IMG/VR virus record: IMGVR_UViG_3300032024_000072
Location: 1-24,000 of that record
Reading direction: 5' to 3' (one strand)
DNA: 24,000 nucleotides
From: a virus
Taxonomy: Duplodnaviria > Caudoviricetes
Shown here: piece after piece, positions 15,698-24,000 of the stretch
Layout of the letters: the number at the start of each line of letters is the position of its first letter
How positions within the stretch are numbered: position 1 is the first letter of the stretch
Position numbers and translations under genes: made by a program
Notes under the pieces: model-generated
The model's database searches: none
What the model saw: the letters and a program-made list of their open reading frames with translations, nothing else
What the model was told of the DNA's origin: nothing

Positions 15698-16075
15698 TTA
15701 TACCGTAATAAAGTCAATCGTTGGTGCATCGGCGTCGAATGACCTGGCATCATCGCAAAGCACATCACCAGGGCCCATCATTGTGAGTTTCTTTTGCATA
15801 TGCTCATCTTCCTTCATATGCACATGGTTACCTTCTGCATCAATAAGCCAAAACAGGTCAGAAGCTTGGTCATCAAACATAAAGTTTGGTATCAGCAGGT
15901 TGAGAGTATGGTAAATCTCATTCGGTTTCAACTCTTTGATTAGTGCTTCTACTGCCCTATCATAATGATAGTTGTATGTGGCAAAAATAACAGGAAAGAA
16001 AGAGTCGATAAAATTCGCATTATCAATTCCATCAGGAATTCGGCCAAAGTAAATTCTTGGGGCAGTATTGCTCAT
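15698..16075 (-). CDS. Hypothetical protein
   Basis: 125 aa ORF tightly packed in the operon. Confidence 0.75.
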   Translation of the reverse strand: MSNTAPRIYFGRIPDGIDNANFIDSFFPVIFATYNYHYDRAVEALIKELKPNEIYHTLNLLIPNFMFDDQASDLFWLIDAEGNHVHMKEDEHMQKKLTMMGPGDVLCDDARSFDADAPTIDFITV

Positions 16076-16079
16076 ATGT

Positions 16080-16862
16080 TTAATCTCTCACTTCAATTAG
16101 TTTAACAAATTCATCTTGCGTTATTTCACCATTCTTTACCTTCTCAAAGAGCTCAGCAGCATTAAGCTTTTTCGCTTTTCTAGGTTTAGGAGAAACAGAT
16201 TTTAATATCGAATTGAGAGATACTATCTCAAATGGATATTCTACGTCATTCATCAATACATCACAGATGTAAATCTTTCTGTTAGATTGATATTCAGATG
16301 GCACTACTTTCCATGAAACTCGTCTGTTGAAAAGCTTCACAATTTTATCTAATTCTTTGGCATCAGTCTTAGTCATTGTGCTAAAACCGAAGCCGTATCG
16401 GCCAACTCCGCCCTGAAAAGAATAATTGTTTAGATTGGTAGATAGGTTATGGTGTTTGTTATAGGCTTCGATATAATCTTTTGGACGATAATCATATAGC
16501 GCATCAGACGTAGTTGATATGTTGCTGATAGTCTTTTCATGGTCATATGACACTGGATTACTGTAAGAAACAAAATACTGATACACACGAGATGCTTGAT
16601 GGACATTGAATGCGTTAGTCTCATCTGGGATATCTTCCCATCTCCAGTTGTTGTCAAGTTGGAAAGCCAGACCGCATCTCGATATGATTTCTTCTACAAT
16701 ACTTCAATACTTCAAAAAATTGACACGAGAAGTAGAAAATGAAACCCTTGCCCAAGTTGATGTAGCCCCGTAATACTCAAGCTTGATTTGGCCAGTGCAG
16801 TAAAGCTGTCTAAGCTCTGCGTTTTCTTCTGTGATTTCTCTTATCATCGATGCAAACGGCAT
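16080..16862 (-). pseudogene. Hypothetical gene interrupted by one in-frame TGA (16704-16706)
   Basis: ATG 16862 has a GGAG SD and its own promoter. Reading through the TGA gives SIVEEIISRCGLAFQLDNNWRWEDIPDETNAFNVHQASR, in frame with track ORF 16080..16586, whose GTG lacks an SD. Confidence 0.6.
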
Positions 16863-16886
16863 TTCTTTATCTCCAAAATTTAGTAA

Positions 16887-16916
16887 ATTATACACTGCAA
16901 CGTAAGGAATGTAAAC
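16887..16916 (-). promoter_or_regulatory. T4-like early (sigma70) promoter
   Basis: gTTTACA-17 nt-TATAAT. Confidence 0.85.
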
Positions 16917-16947
16917 TGTAGAAAGTGTTAACCAGTTATCAGAAACT

Positions 16948-16973
16948 ACAAAGGGGCTCTTCAGCCCCTTTGT
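16948..16973. terminator. Intrinsic terminator after the 153-aa gene
   Basis: 11-bp stem acaaaggggct / agcccctttgt with a 4-nt loop. Confidence 0.8.
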
Positions 16974-16998
16974 TTCCTTCAATATGGAAGTTGGATAC

Positions 16999-17460
16999 TT
17001 ACCACTGCTTTGTGGCACCATCCATATTGACTTCTGCTGGATTAGCAAAATCAGAGCCAATGAAAGTATCTGATGCTAAATTTGAATTAATGCTTGACAA
17101 GGTATCTTGTGTCAAACGAGCGCCTTTAGGACGTTTCATTTTAACAAAATTCGTATGCATATAATCTAGGCCGTTTAAGCCATTAGAAAACTTAGCATGT
17201 GAAAGCAATTCGTAAAGAGGATATTTGTCAGCATGTTGAGAAGTTACAACTTTTTTCAAACGTGCTTTATCGATTGGGTGAAGCGTATCGATAAGGATAT
17301 AAGCAAGTGAGCCGTCGTCGAATTCATTAACAACTGCGCATTCTCTTAAAAGACCAGTATCATCAATGTCAATTAAGAAGATGTGTTTTAAGTTGGTAGC
17401 TTTCTTTTCAACTTTAGTTGAAGCTGACTTTCTAGATGTAGCAGAGGCTTGTTCGGCCAT
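16999..17460 (-). CDS. Conserved-looking hypothetical protein, probably late-expressed
   Basis: 153 aa; AGGAG SD; bracketed by an ATAAATA motif and a terminator. Confidence 0.8.
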   Translation of the reverse strand: MAEQASATSRKSASTKVEKKATNLKHIFLIDIDDTGLLRECAVVNEFDDGSLAYILIDTLHPIDKARLKKVVTSQHADKYPLYELLSHAKFSNGLNGLDYMHTNFVKMKRPKGARLTQDTLSSINSNLASDTFIGSDFANPAEVNMDGATKQW

Positions 17461-17553
17461 AAATAATTCTCCTAAGTTGGGGGTATACGTATAACGTTTT
17501 AAAAACCCCGTATAATAATGGTAGGCGTTTAACCTTTTAAGGTCAGACGTTAT

Positions 17554-17561
17554 TATTTATG
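17554..17561 (-). promoter_or_regulatory. T4-like late promoter motif (CATAAATA)
   Basis: Intergenic ATAAATA about 95 nt upstream of ATG 17460. Confidence 0.55.
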
Positions 17562-17589
17562 GCGATGAAAAAGCGAATTTCTCTCTCTG

Positions 17590-17805
17590 CTAGTTAGATG
17601 TCCAATGCTCCGTCATTATGTTTGCAATCAAATACCCCACTTGGTCCTGTAATATCTGACCATCTTCAAGATACTGGATGCGGCCCCAGCCTCTTACTTC
17701 TAGCACCATATTGCCATCATCAAACACATACCCACCCATCTCGTCAAATCTGAATGGGGCTTTATAAAGGTCTTTGACCTTCTGTTTCAATTCTTCGTTT
17801 ATCAT
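17590..17805 (-). CDS. Hypothetical protein
   Basis: 71 aa; starts just after the rnh stop; contains VRGWGRIQYL. Confidence 0.75.
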   Translation of the reverse strand: MINEELKQKVKDLYKAPFRFDEMGGYVFDDGNMVLEVRGWGRIQYLEDGQILQDQVGYLIANIMTEHWTSN

Positions 17806-17807
17806 GG

Positions 17808-18764
17808 CTAGAATACCAATGCGCCAACTCTTTTCTTTTCGCCAACAGCTGGCGGTTTACAAGATAGCAGTTTAACAAACTTATCAGTGTTATCAGCTAT
17901 CTGTTTCAACTCATGTTGTCCTAAAAACTTAGCAAAAGCAAACAGTGAAAACTTGCCATGGGTTGATAGCCCTTCATCAATCGTGTCATCAATGAGTTTT
18001 TTAATGTTATCAGGTTGTCTTTCAAGGTCCATCAACAATCTGTTTTCTTCATACAAATCTCTCACTGTGAATACTGTTTCTTCCAATGTATCAGGATTAG
18101 TGAAAGTCCACTGCTCATTCAGTAATTGGGTCAATTCGTAGGGGTCATTGAAAGCTTTTTGCAATCGAGTTGAGCGCACTCGTGGATATGCAGACCTAAC
18201 ATTATCGCCAGAATCCCCGCGGAAACACTTCTCGAAGATGAAATAGTCAGGGTCTTCATGAGTGCGAGGCTTACCTTTTTCAGGGTCGAGCAGCGTGATG
18301 TTAGGGTATTTCAGAATTTGTGTGAAGTCTTTATCACCGCTCAACAAAGTTACTTCATCGCCCTGTTTAGCAAATCGAATAGCCGCGCCCGCAAGTAGGT
18401 CATCACCCTCAAGCTCTTCATGAGAAAGACAGACAATAGATGTGTGCTCTCGTGCAAGCTTTTCAAAGTCCGATAACACTTGAAAGAGATGGTCCATTGA
18501 AGGGTCTCTAACACGATTGCCTTTATATAAGACTTTGGAAACAGCATTGGGGGATTGAGTGTAAGCCTTTCGCCAATTCTTACTACCCTCAAAGGTCACA
18601 ATGATTTGGTCTGGTTGGATTCTATTATACCACTTATTCATCACATACAAACAAGAATGAAGTGCGAGCCCCGCTTTATCTTCAGGGCTTTCATTGTATT
18701 TTGAATTGTGGGCGGCGACAGTGCGAAAGAAAATGTTGGCAGTATCAACTACTAAACGTTTCAT
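17808..18764 (-). CDS. rnh: RNase H / 5'-3' flap exonuclease (T4 rnh family)
   Basis: LVVDTANIFFR, WRK, YKGNR, LEGDDL, LSGDKDFTQ, GDSGDNV motifs. Confidence 0.92.
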   Translation of the reverse strand: MKRLVVDTANIFFRTVAAHNSKYNESPEDKAGLALHSCLYVMNKWYNRIQPDQIIVTFEGSKNWRKAYTQSPNAVSKVLYKGNRVRDPSMDHLFQVLSDFEKLAREHTSIVCLSHEELEGDDLLAGAAIRFAKQGDEVTLLSGDKDFTQILKYPNITLLDPEKGKPRTHEDPDYFIFEKCFRGDSGDNVRSAYPRVRSTRLQKAFNDPYELTQLLNEQWTFTNPDTLEETVFTVRDLYEENRLLMDLERQPDNIKKLIDDTIDEGLSTHGKFSLFAFAKFLGQHELKQIADNTDKFVKLLSCKPPAVGEKKRVGALVF

Positions 18765-18765
18765 A

Positions 18766-19107
18766 TTATCCTTTATTGAGATGTTTGTCTAAACCTCGAA
18801 GCAGTTGATTTACTTTTTCAGGTTTATATTTTTCTAAGAATGCTTTATTGGTAGCTTCTAACAATTTTGGCCAATTCTCTAAGATATCTCTTCTAACAAA
18901 AGTCATTCGAAGATATCCAATTGTCACTAATGTGGGCTGCACTGAAACCAACGGAATAGCAGCGGCCAGCAGATAATCGAGAATCTTTGTTGATTCTCGA
19001 TTATGAGCCATATCTTCTTCTGAATTTGAAGTGCGATAATCAAAGACCAGCCCTGATATCACACCTGCAAATGCATGATAATCTTTATCAGATATTTTAT
19101 CTAGCAT
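18766..19107 (-). CDS. Hypothetical protein
   Basis: 113 aa; 1-nt gaps to both neighbours. Confidence 0.75.
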   Translation of the reverse strand: MLDKISDKDYHAFAGVISGLVFDYRTSNSEEDMAHNRESTKILDYLLAAAIPLVSVQPTLVTIGYLRMTFVRRDILENWPKLLEATNKAFLEKYKPEKVNQLLRGLDKHLNKG

Positions 19108-19108
19108 T

Positions 19109-19414
19109 TTATCGCTTCAGTTTGTTTGTCTCAGATGTTAAGAAAGGGTGAGCATCTGAAGTAATCTCCTGCTCGATATCATCAAAGAAGCCCTTAGGTG
19201 CCATTATCGACCCGAATAAGAAGTTTTGCACTGTCTCCTCATCAGAAGCCCCAGCCAATCCCTGAAGAGACAAGTTTTTGATGAAGGCTTTGTTATATGC
19301 CATATCAAATCTTACCTGGCCATCATCTGTAATGCCACTTACAATAAAGCGAGCCCAAGGTTTTTTACTAGCGCGCATTAGCACTTCAGCCAACCAGTTT
19401 AGAAGTCTTACCAT
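19109..19414 (-). CDS. Hypothetical protein
   Basis: 101 aa; GGAG SD; overlaps the upstream stop. Confidence 0.75.
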   Translation of the reverse strand: MVRLLNWLAEVLMRASKKPWARFIVSGITDDGQVRFDMAYNKAFIKNLSLQGLAGASDEETVQNFLFGSIMAPKGFFDDIEQEITSDAHPFLTSETNKLKR

Positions 19415-19770
19415 TGGTTACGCTCCTGCATTTGCTCTATGTTTCTTTTAATGGGAGTAACTTTACCAAGAAGCTGAGCTTGCAGCTCTTGAGTATAAAT
19501 GAGCGACAGCTCATCGCTAATCATTTTTGATATCTCATACTCGTCATAATAATCTAAATCTTGTTTAATAATATGACAGAGCTGTAGTTTGCCATTCTGT
19601 TTCAATTCGATTGAGAGCTTCCTATCATCATAATCGAATTCTAAATTAATTTCAGGTTTATACTTAGCTAGCTCAGTCCTGAGAAGTTGCGTTTCAGCAA
19701 GCAACTTCTCAACTGTTTCGCTAAGCATTAATATTTCATTTAATGTGCTTATTGAATTTGTGTTTGACAT
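19408..19770 (-). CDS. Hypothetical protein
   Basis: 120 aa ORF within the operon. Confidence 0.75.
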   Translation of the reverse strand: MSNTNSISTLNEILMLSETVEKLLAETQLLRTELAKYKPEINLEFDYDDRKLSIELKQNGKLQLCHIIKQDLDYYDEYEISKMISDELSLIYTQELQAQLLGKVTPIKRNIEQMQERNQW

Positions 19771-19777
19771 TTTGTGT

Positions 19778-20500
19778 TTAATCTATATCCATTGGACTTA
19801 AAAGTGTGAGCGGATAACCATTAACATCTATGATTGCACTACCTTCAAATACCATTACTTCAACTTCAGGACGTTCTGCTGCTGCAGCTCTCAATACTGG
19901 AGAGAATACATCAGTAAAGTAATAGTTAACGAAAGCATCATTGTCATCACCGACTGATGTGGCTTTATTGACTAGTGCGACAGAGAAGACATCATTGCTT
20001 TTGTCAGAAAACTCAACGACAACGTCATTATTTTTCTTAACATTGATGGTAATCTTTTCTGCGCCCATTGCTTTTTCAGCATTCAAAATCAATTGAGCTT
20101 CTTCACGAGTGATGATAATACTTTTTCTTGCAGTATCTTCAATCGCAACTGGAGCTTTGATGGAGTTTGCAACTGCAGTCCTGAATTGGACACTAGCATT
20201 AGAGCCCTTAATATCAAGGTTTGAAAAATCGCCATTAGGTTTTTGCTTCGCATCGATGGAAATTTTCGGGTCTGTTTTAAACAAATCCATACGCTGTTTC
20301 AAAGTGCGAAGTTTGCTTAAACCTAATTGAGCTTCACCTTCAATTTGAGGTAAGTTTTTATCAGTTAGAAATGCACAAGACCTTGCTGCATTTACGCCAC
20401 GAAGCCCCTTGGCTGAAATAATAACGGCATCAATGTCAACCAGAGAGCAAATATTCAAGATGTTATTCAAATGGCTAATATCGGTTTGTGTAAATTTCAT
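19778..20500 (-). CDS. Probable DNA polymerase sliding clamp (T4 gp45-like)
   Basis: 240 aa two-domain alpha/beta pattern, MKFT..DI..L start, located directly downstream of the polymerase; inferred from size, pattern and synteny. Confidence 0.6.
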   Translation of the reverse strand: MKFTQTDISHLNNILNICSLVDIDAVIISAKGLRGVNAARSCAFLTDKNLPQIEGEAQLGLSKLRTLKQRMDLFKTDPKISIDAKQKPNGDFSNLDIKGSNASVQFRTAVANSIKAPVAIEDTARKSIIITREEAQLILNAEKAMGAEKITINVKKNNDVVVEFSDKSNDVFSVALVNKATSVGDDNDAFVNYYFTDVFSPVLRAAAAERPEVEVMVFEGSAIIDVNGYPLTLLSPMDID

Positions 20501-20535
20501 ATAGTTTTATCTCTTATAGTATTATAGAATGTTAT

Positions 20536-20565
20536 ATTATACACCATTTATTCAATGTTGTATAC
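20536..20565 (-). promoter_or_regulatory. Early-type (sigma70) promoter
   Basis: gTATACA-17 nt-TATAAT with an upstream A-tract; same architecture as the promoters at 15417 and 16887. Confidence 0.75.
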
Positions 20566-20581
20566 TTTTATTTTTATGCTG

Positions 20582-23209
20582 CTAAAATTTCAAAACTTTA
20601 CTAACATGAGCTAAAAACTGCGTAGGCACTTCATGACCCCAAGCTGAGAAAATACCCTCAAGTTTGTTATCAATCAGTTTTTCTTCAGTTAGTTTGAAAT
20701 CGATTTCAAAATGCTCTTCCATCCATTCAGGAAATTGAGATGATTCTGCTGGAATAGCAATTGTTTCAAATTCAAACTCATTCGGCTTCAAGTTATACAC
20801 TTTGACTTTATCGCCTGATGAAATGAATACTGCATCTAGTCCATCGAAATGCTCAGCTATTTTGTTATAATTGATAGCAGCACGACAATGACCTGGAATA
20901 GTTAGTTTGGACTTTCCGTTTGATGCTAACATTGGTTTACCGGCTAATTCAGCTTCATACGCTTCAGTAAACTTCTCAAGATTGTTTGTAGCTTTTGCTA
21001 TACCCATCAACAACTTATCTTCTGCATCTAAATGTGCATTGAATAAAGTCCTACGTTGTTGATTTATATATGTTGTCAATTCTTGATAATCTTTACCACC
21101 CAAAATCCTATCAACAACTTCTTTAAGAAACTTCTGAATGACTTTTGGCGTATCAGATTTCTTAATCTCGGAGCCCATAGCTTTCATTTTATTAACAGCA
21201 AAACCATCAAGGTCAATGACTTTCAGCATATACTTCTTGCGAGCTTGGAATAATCCACGCTCAGCTACAACTTCACGACCTGCTTTGATTAGACAATCAA
21301 ATTCAGGTTGGCAATTGAAAGCATCTTTCATAAACTGTTGAAAGCTTTCATTGATAATGTCAGCAACACCATCCGCTATCTCAATTGCTTCTTCCTTATT
21401 AGAAGCCATTGTCATAAAGTATGCAGAGTCAGTATCAGAATAGATTATCTCTGGGACAGGAGAGTGATATACGTTTTGGATTTCACCTTTAGGATTCACC
21501 TTATAGGATTTTTCCAATTCGATTTTCTTACCGGTCAATACTTCAGCAGCAACAGAGCACATATGAGAAGTGATAGCACGACCTGAATATGTGGTAGAAG
21601 CACCAATCAATTCCTCAACACCCCATCTAAAGCCTTTAGCTAATAGCGCGCCATAAGCTGAGTTTAATTGGATTTTCTTGGTCAACTGCAACAACTCATA
21701 ATGAGCTTCTTGTTTCTCAGCTTCATCATGTTTGCTATCTTTGCCATCAAGACTTTTCAAAATCTTAATCCACTTCTTCTTCTCGGCTTGCAACCTTTTT
21801 CTTTCTGAAAACCAGAATGATAGAGTTTGTGGCAGAATACCATGGCCTTGACTTTGGTCTAAGACTGTGCCATATGCCGAGATAGCCCAACGATTCTCAA
21901 TTAGCGTTTGTTTCCATTCAGCCCCTGACATTGTGATACCTTCATGGCTACCATATATCATAAGTGTATGAGGATAGTGGTCTTCATTAATCATGATACC
22001 ACGCCAATCTTCTTCATGCGACATGGCTTTTATGAAGTCATGTGCATCATTACCTTTCTTCGCTGACGCTTTTACAATGTCAATAATTTTCGGGTTTTGC
22101 ATCAACCTTTCAATAGTTTCATCAGTCTTGAATTGACCGATAACTTTTTCAGGTGAAAGATTCAATGACCTAATTACTGACGGATACAGAGAGTTGATAT
22201 CAACAGAGCCAATCCATTCATGAAGTCCAACATTAGGTGTCAATACAATCGCACCCTCAACTTTGCCATGACTCGATACTACGTCTTTGTCCTTAACCCT
22301 AACCCCTAAGTTATTGATTGCAAAGTTACTTATTCCAGAATCCACATATTTAGTGGTGCCAAGAATGGCTTCAAAAGTGACAGTATTTTCATGTGCCATC
22401 TGATTGACAAGTTGCACAAATCTAAACTTATCATCAAGAAGTTTAATCAAGACAACGTCAATGATGTTATAATGGACAAACTTTATGAAGTCTTCTAGAT
22501 AAAGTTTTTCCAATGTGCCATCATATTCTAACTTCTTAAATCCTAATTCTTCATGAGCGATCGCATCCAATCGAAATGACTCACGACCTTCAAAAGTAAA
22601 CTTCTTAAACATATCTTGATAGTCAAGATGTGCCCTACCTTGAAGTTGGATGACCAATTCTTCTTTGCCAAATCGAGTAACTGTCTTCTCACGAATCCAA
22701 CTAACACCTGGGAAATTAAGACGAGCTGTTTGTTTCTCACCTAATACTTCGTAAATACGTTTGTAGATATACGGTAAGTCATAAAACTCTGAATTCCATC
22801 CTGAAATAAAATCAACATCTTCTAATTCATCTAGAAACAGACCTAACAATTCTGACTCTGTATCAACCAAAATCAATCGACATTTTATCTCATTGAAACC
22901 ATACTGGCTAACATTTATTTCAAATGGCTTGAATGATTGCCCTTCAGGGATGACGGCAATACAGACATATTCATCTAACCATTGTTTGTAGACAGTGATA
23001 GCATTGATATATGCAAATGGATTTGATGGCCTAGAAAAACCGTAGTTTCGCTTTGCATATGAAGATTTATCGTATGAAACCCACTGTTTATTTTCAGGGT
23101 CTAAAACTTCAATTTTACTCCTACTCTCATTGGGAAGATTTCGCAATTCTCCTAATGTGATTTCTTCAATTTGGTTTGTATTGTTTGACAAATTCAACTT
23201 TTCTCCCAT
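20582..23209 (-). CDS. polB: Family B DNA polymerase, C-terminal fragment (ExoII/III plus polymerase domain)
   Basis: GWNSEFYDLPY (ExoII), YNIID (ExoIII), SVDINSLYPS (motif A), KIQLNSAYG (motif B), YSDTDS (motif C); AAGGA SD 10 nt before ATG 23209. Confidence 0.95.
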   Translation of the reverse strand: MGEKLNLSNNTNQIEEITLGELRNLPNESRSKIEVLDPENKQWVSYDKSSYAKRNYGFSRPSNPFAYINAITVYKQWLDEYVCIAVIPEGQSFKPFEINVSQYGFNEIKCRLILVDTESELLGLFLDELEDVDFISGWNSEFYDLPYIYKRIYEVLGEKQTARLNFPGVSWIREKTVTRFGKEELVIQLQGRAHLDYQDMFKKFTFEGRESFRLDAIAHEELGFKKLEYDGTLEKLYLEDFIKFVHYNIIDVVLIKLLDDKFRFVQLVNQMAHENTVTFEAILGTTKYVDSGISNFAINNLGVRVKDKDVVSSHGKVEGAIVLTPNVGLHEWIGSVDINSLYPSVIRSLNLSPEKVIGQFKTDETIERLMQNPKIIDIVKASAKKGNDAHDFIKAMSHEEDWRGIMINEDHYPHTLMIYGSHEGITMSGAEWKQTLIENRWAISAYGTVLDQSQGHGILPQTLSFWFSERKRLQAEKKKWIKILKSLDGKDSKHDEAEKQEAHYELLQLTKKIQLNSAYGALLAKGFRWGVEELIGASTTYSGRAITSHMCSVAAEVLTGKKIELEKSYKVNPKGEIQNVYHSPVPEIIYSDTDSAYFMTMASNKEEAIEIADGVADIINESFQQFMKDAFNCQPEFDCLIKAGREVVAERGLFQARKKYMLKVIDLDGFAVNKMKAMGSEIKKSDTPKVIQKFLKEVVDRILGGKDYQELTTYINQQRRTLFNAHLDAEDKLLMGIAKATNNLEKFTEAYEAELAGKPMLASNGKSKLTIPGHCRAAINYNKIAEHFDGLDAVFISSGDKVKVYNLKPNEFEFETIAIPAESSQFPEWMEEHFEIDFKLTEEKLIDNKLEGIFSAWGHEVPTQFLAHVSKVLKF

Positions 23210-23585
23210 TTATGAGTATTCCTTGATGTCGTTTAATTCTATATTTTATATCAGAATAGGTAAATGATGTTATTTTTTCGCAGTCTAATGAATTAAATTC
23301 TTCTAAGGTATCACAAAATCGCAAGGTTGAGCTTTTAGCAATCTTTATACTATGTGCGCGTTTTTCTTCATTATTGCCAAATGAGTTTTTCATTCGAAAT
23401 TTTAATTCATCTTGATTTAAAGTGCTAATAAAATGCTCTCTGAGAGTAAGTAATACCAAATTTTTGGCATCATCACTTCCGCCTAAACAAGATGGAATAA
23501 TATGATGTTTTTCTGAATAACCTTCAATATTATCCCGAGTTTTTGCATTCGAAATTAAAAGTTGATAGTGTTTATTATAATTCAA
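23166..23585 (-). mobile_element. Free-standing HNH homing endonuclease gene (MobE-type), possibly degenerate
   Basis: MNY.KHY..LI..AK.R...GYSEKHHIIPSCLGGSDD..NLV.LT.REHF; TTG start overlaps the upstream TGA. Confidence 0.88.
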
Positions 23586-23971
23586 AGCTTTAATCTAATT
23601 TTGACTTTCTCTTGTGAATCTCCAGCCATTGAAAATACGCGAGCCTCAATGTCGAAGAAAGCGTAATTCAGTTTTGGGATAGGTCTATTGTAATAGACAT
23701 CCATTAATACGCGTTGGAGTGGAGAGATGTCAGATTCAAACTTTTTCTTGAATCCGGCTTTTGCTATCTTAAACTCTTCCTTATCATCAAAAGAAAGTTT
23801 TTTAAGTGGGGTGCCATACATTGATTTGTATTCACCCTCAGAGTCCTCAATAAAGAAATAACGAGGTGGAGTGTATGAAACCGGATGGCGTCCTTGCTCA
23901 TCCCGCTCCCAAACTATGACCTTGTCGCTATCGTAAGAGTCAGCGATACCTACATAGTTTGCTTGTGTCAT
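23582..23971 (-). CDS. polB: Family B DNA polymerase, N-terminal fragment (N-domain plus ExoI)
   Basis: VIVWER, YFF, YKSMYG..LKK, FESDI and LNYAFFDIE (ExoI), then a 20-aa tail and TGA. Confidence 0.88.
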   Translation of the reverse strand: MTQANYVGIADSYDSDKVIVWERDEQGRHPVSYTPPRYFFIEDSEGEYKSMYGTPLKKLSFDDKEEFKIAKAGFKKKFESDISPLQRVLMDVYYNRPIPKLNYAFFDIEARVFSMAGDSQEKVKIRLKL

Positions 23972-24000
23972 AGATTATTGACCGTCCTTAGGCTCAAACA

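Noticed and set aside
16430-16657. 75-aa minus-strand ORF
   Set aside because: Out-of-frame overlap with the longer 16080 frame and no SD.
16863-17060. N-terminal extension of track ORF 16704..17060
   Set aside because: It runs across another gene's end, a terminator and a promoter; ATG 16862 has the SD.
23166-23585. Group I intron in the polymerase gene
   Set aside because: The HNH ORF overlaps both polymerase ORFs, I saw no P7/R-S core elements, and the downstream fragment has its own SD.
23045-23632. Functional trans-splicing split intein
   Set aside because: Only ~70 aa in total, with no TxxH block B and no Cys/Ser/Thr after the candidate Asn; reported only as a possible remnant.
1-24000. 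Genome-wide stop-codon reassignment
   Set aside because: Genes tile densely in code 11; conserved genes end properly at TAG (rnh, polB) and TGA is used in coupled ATGA overlaps. Only one in-frame TGA was seen.

Overview
AT-rich, gene-dense segment of a large lytic tailed phage (T4-related or jumbo-type, standard genetic code), almost entirely on the minus strand. Read right to left, it carries a family B DNA polymerase split into two ORFs by a MobE-type HNH endonuclease gene, with an intein-like remnant at the break. Next come a probable sliding clamp, small hypotheticals, an RNase H/5'-3' exonuclease, early accessory genes under T4-like early promoters and a Thg1-like 3'-5' polymerase. A signal-peptide lytic transglycosylase sits behind a ~260-nt structured leader, followed by primase and helicase. 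An apparent late operon then encodes two large putative head-internal proteins, a PD-(D/E)XK exonuclease, a RimK ligase fused to a retropepsin-like protease, a degenerate 2OG-Fe(II) oxygenase and two paralogues sharing a C-terminal motif. I saw no tRNA, rRNA or CRISPR array. Top leads are the fractured polymerase, the structured transglycosylase leader and the RimK-protease fusion. All family calls are from motif recognition by eye; no searches were run.
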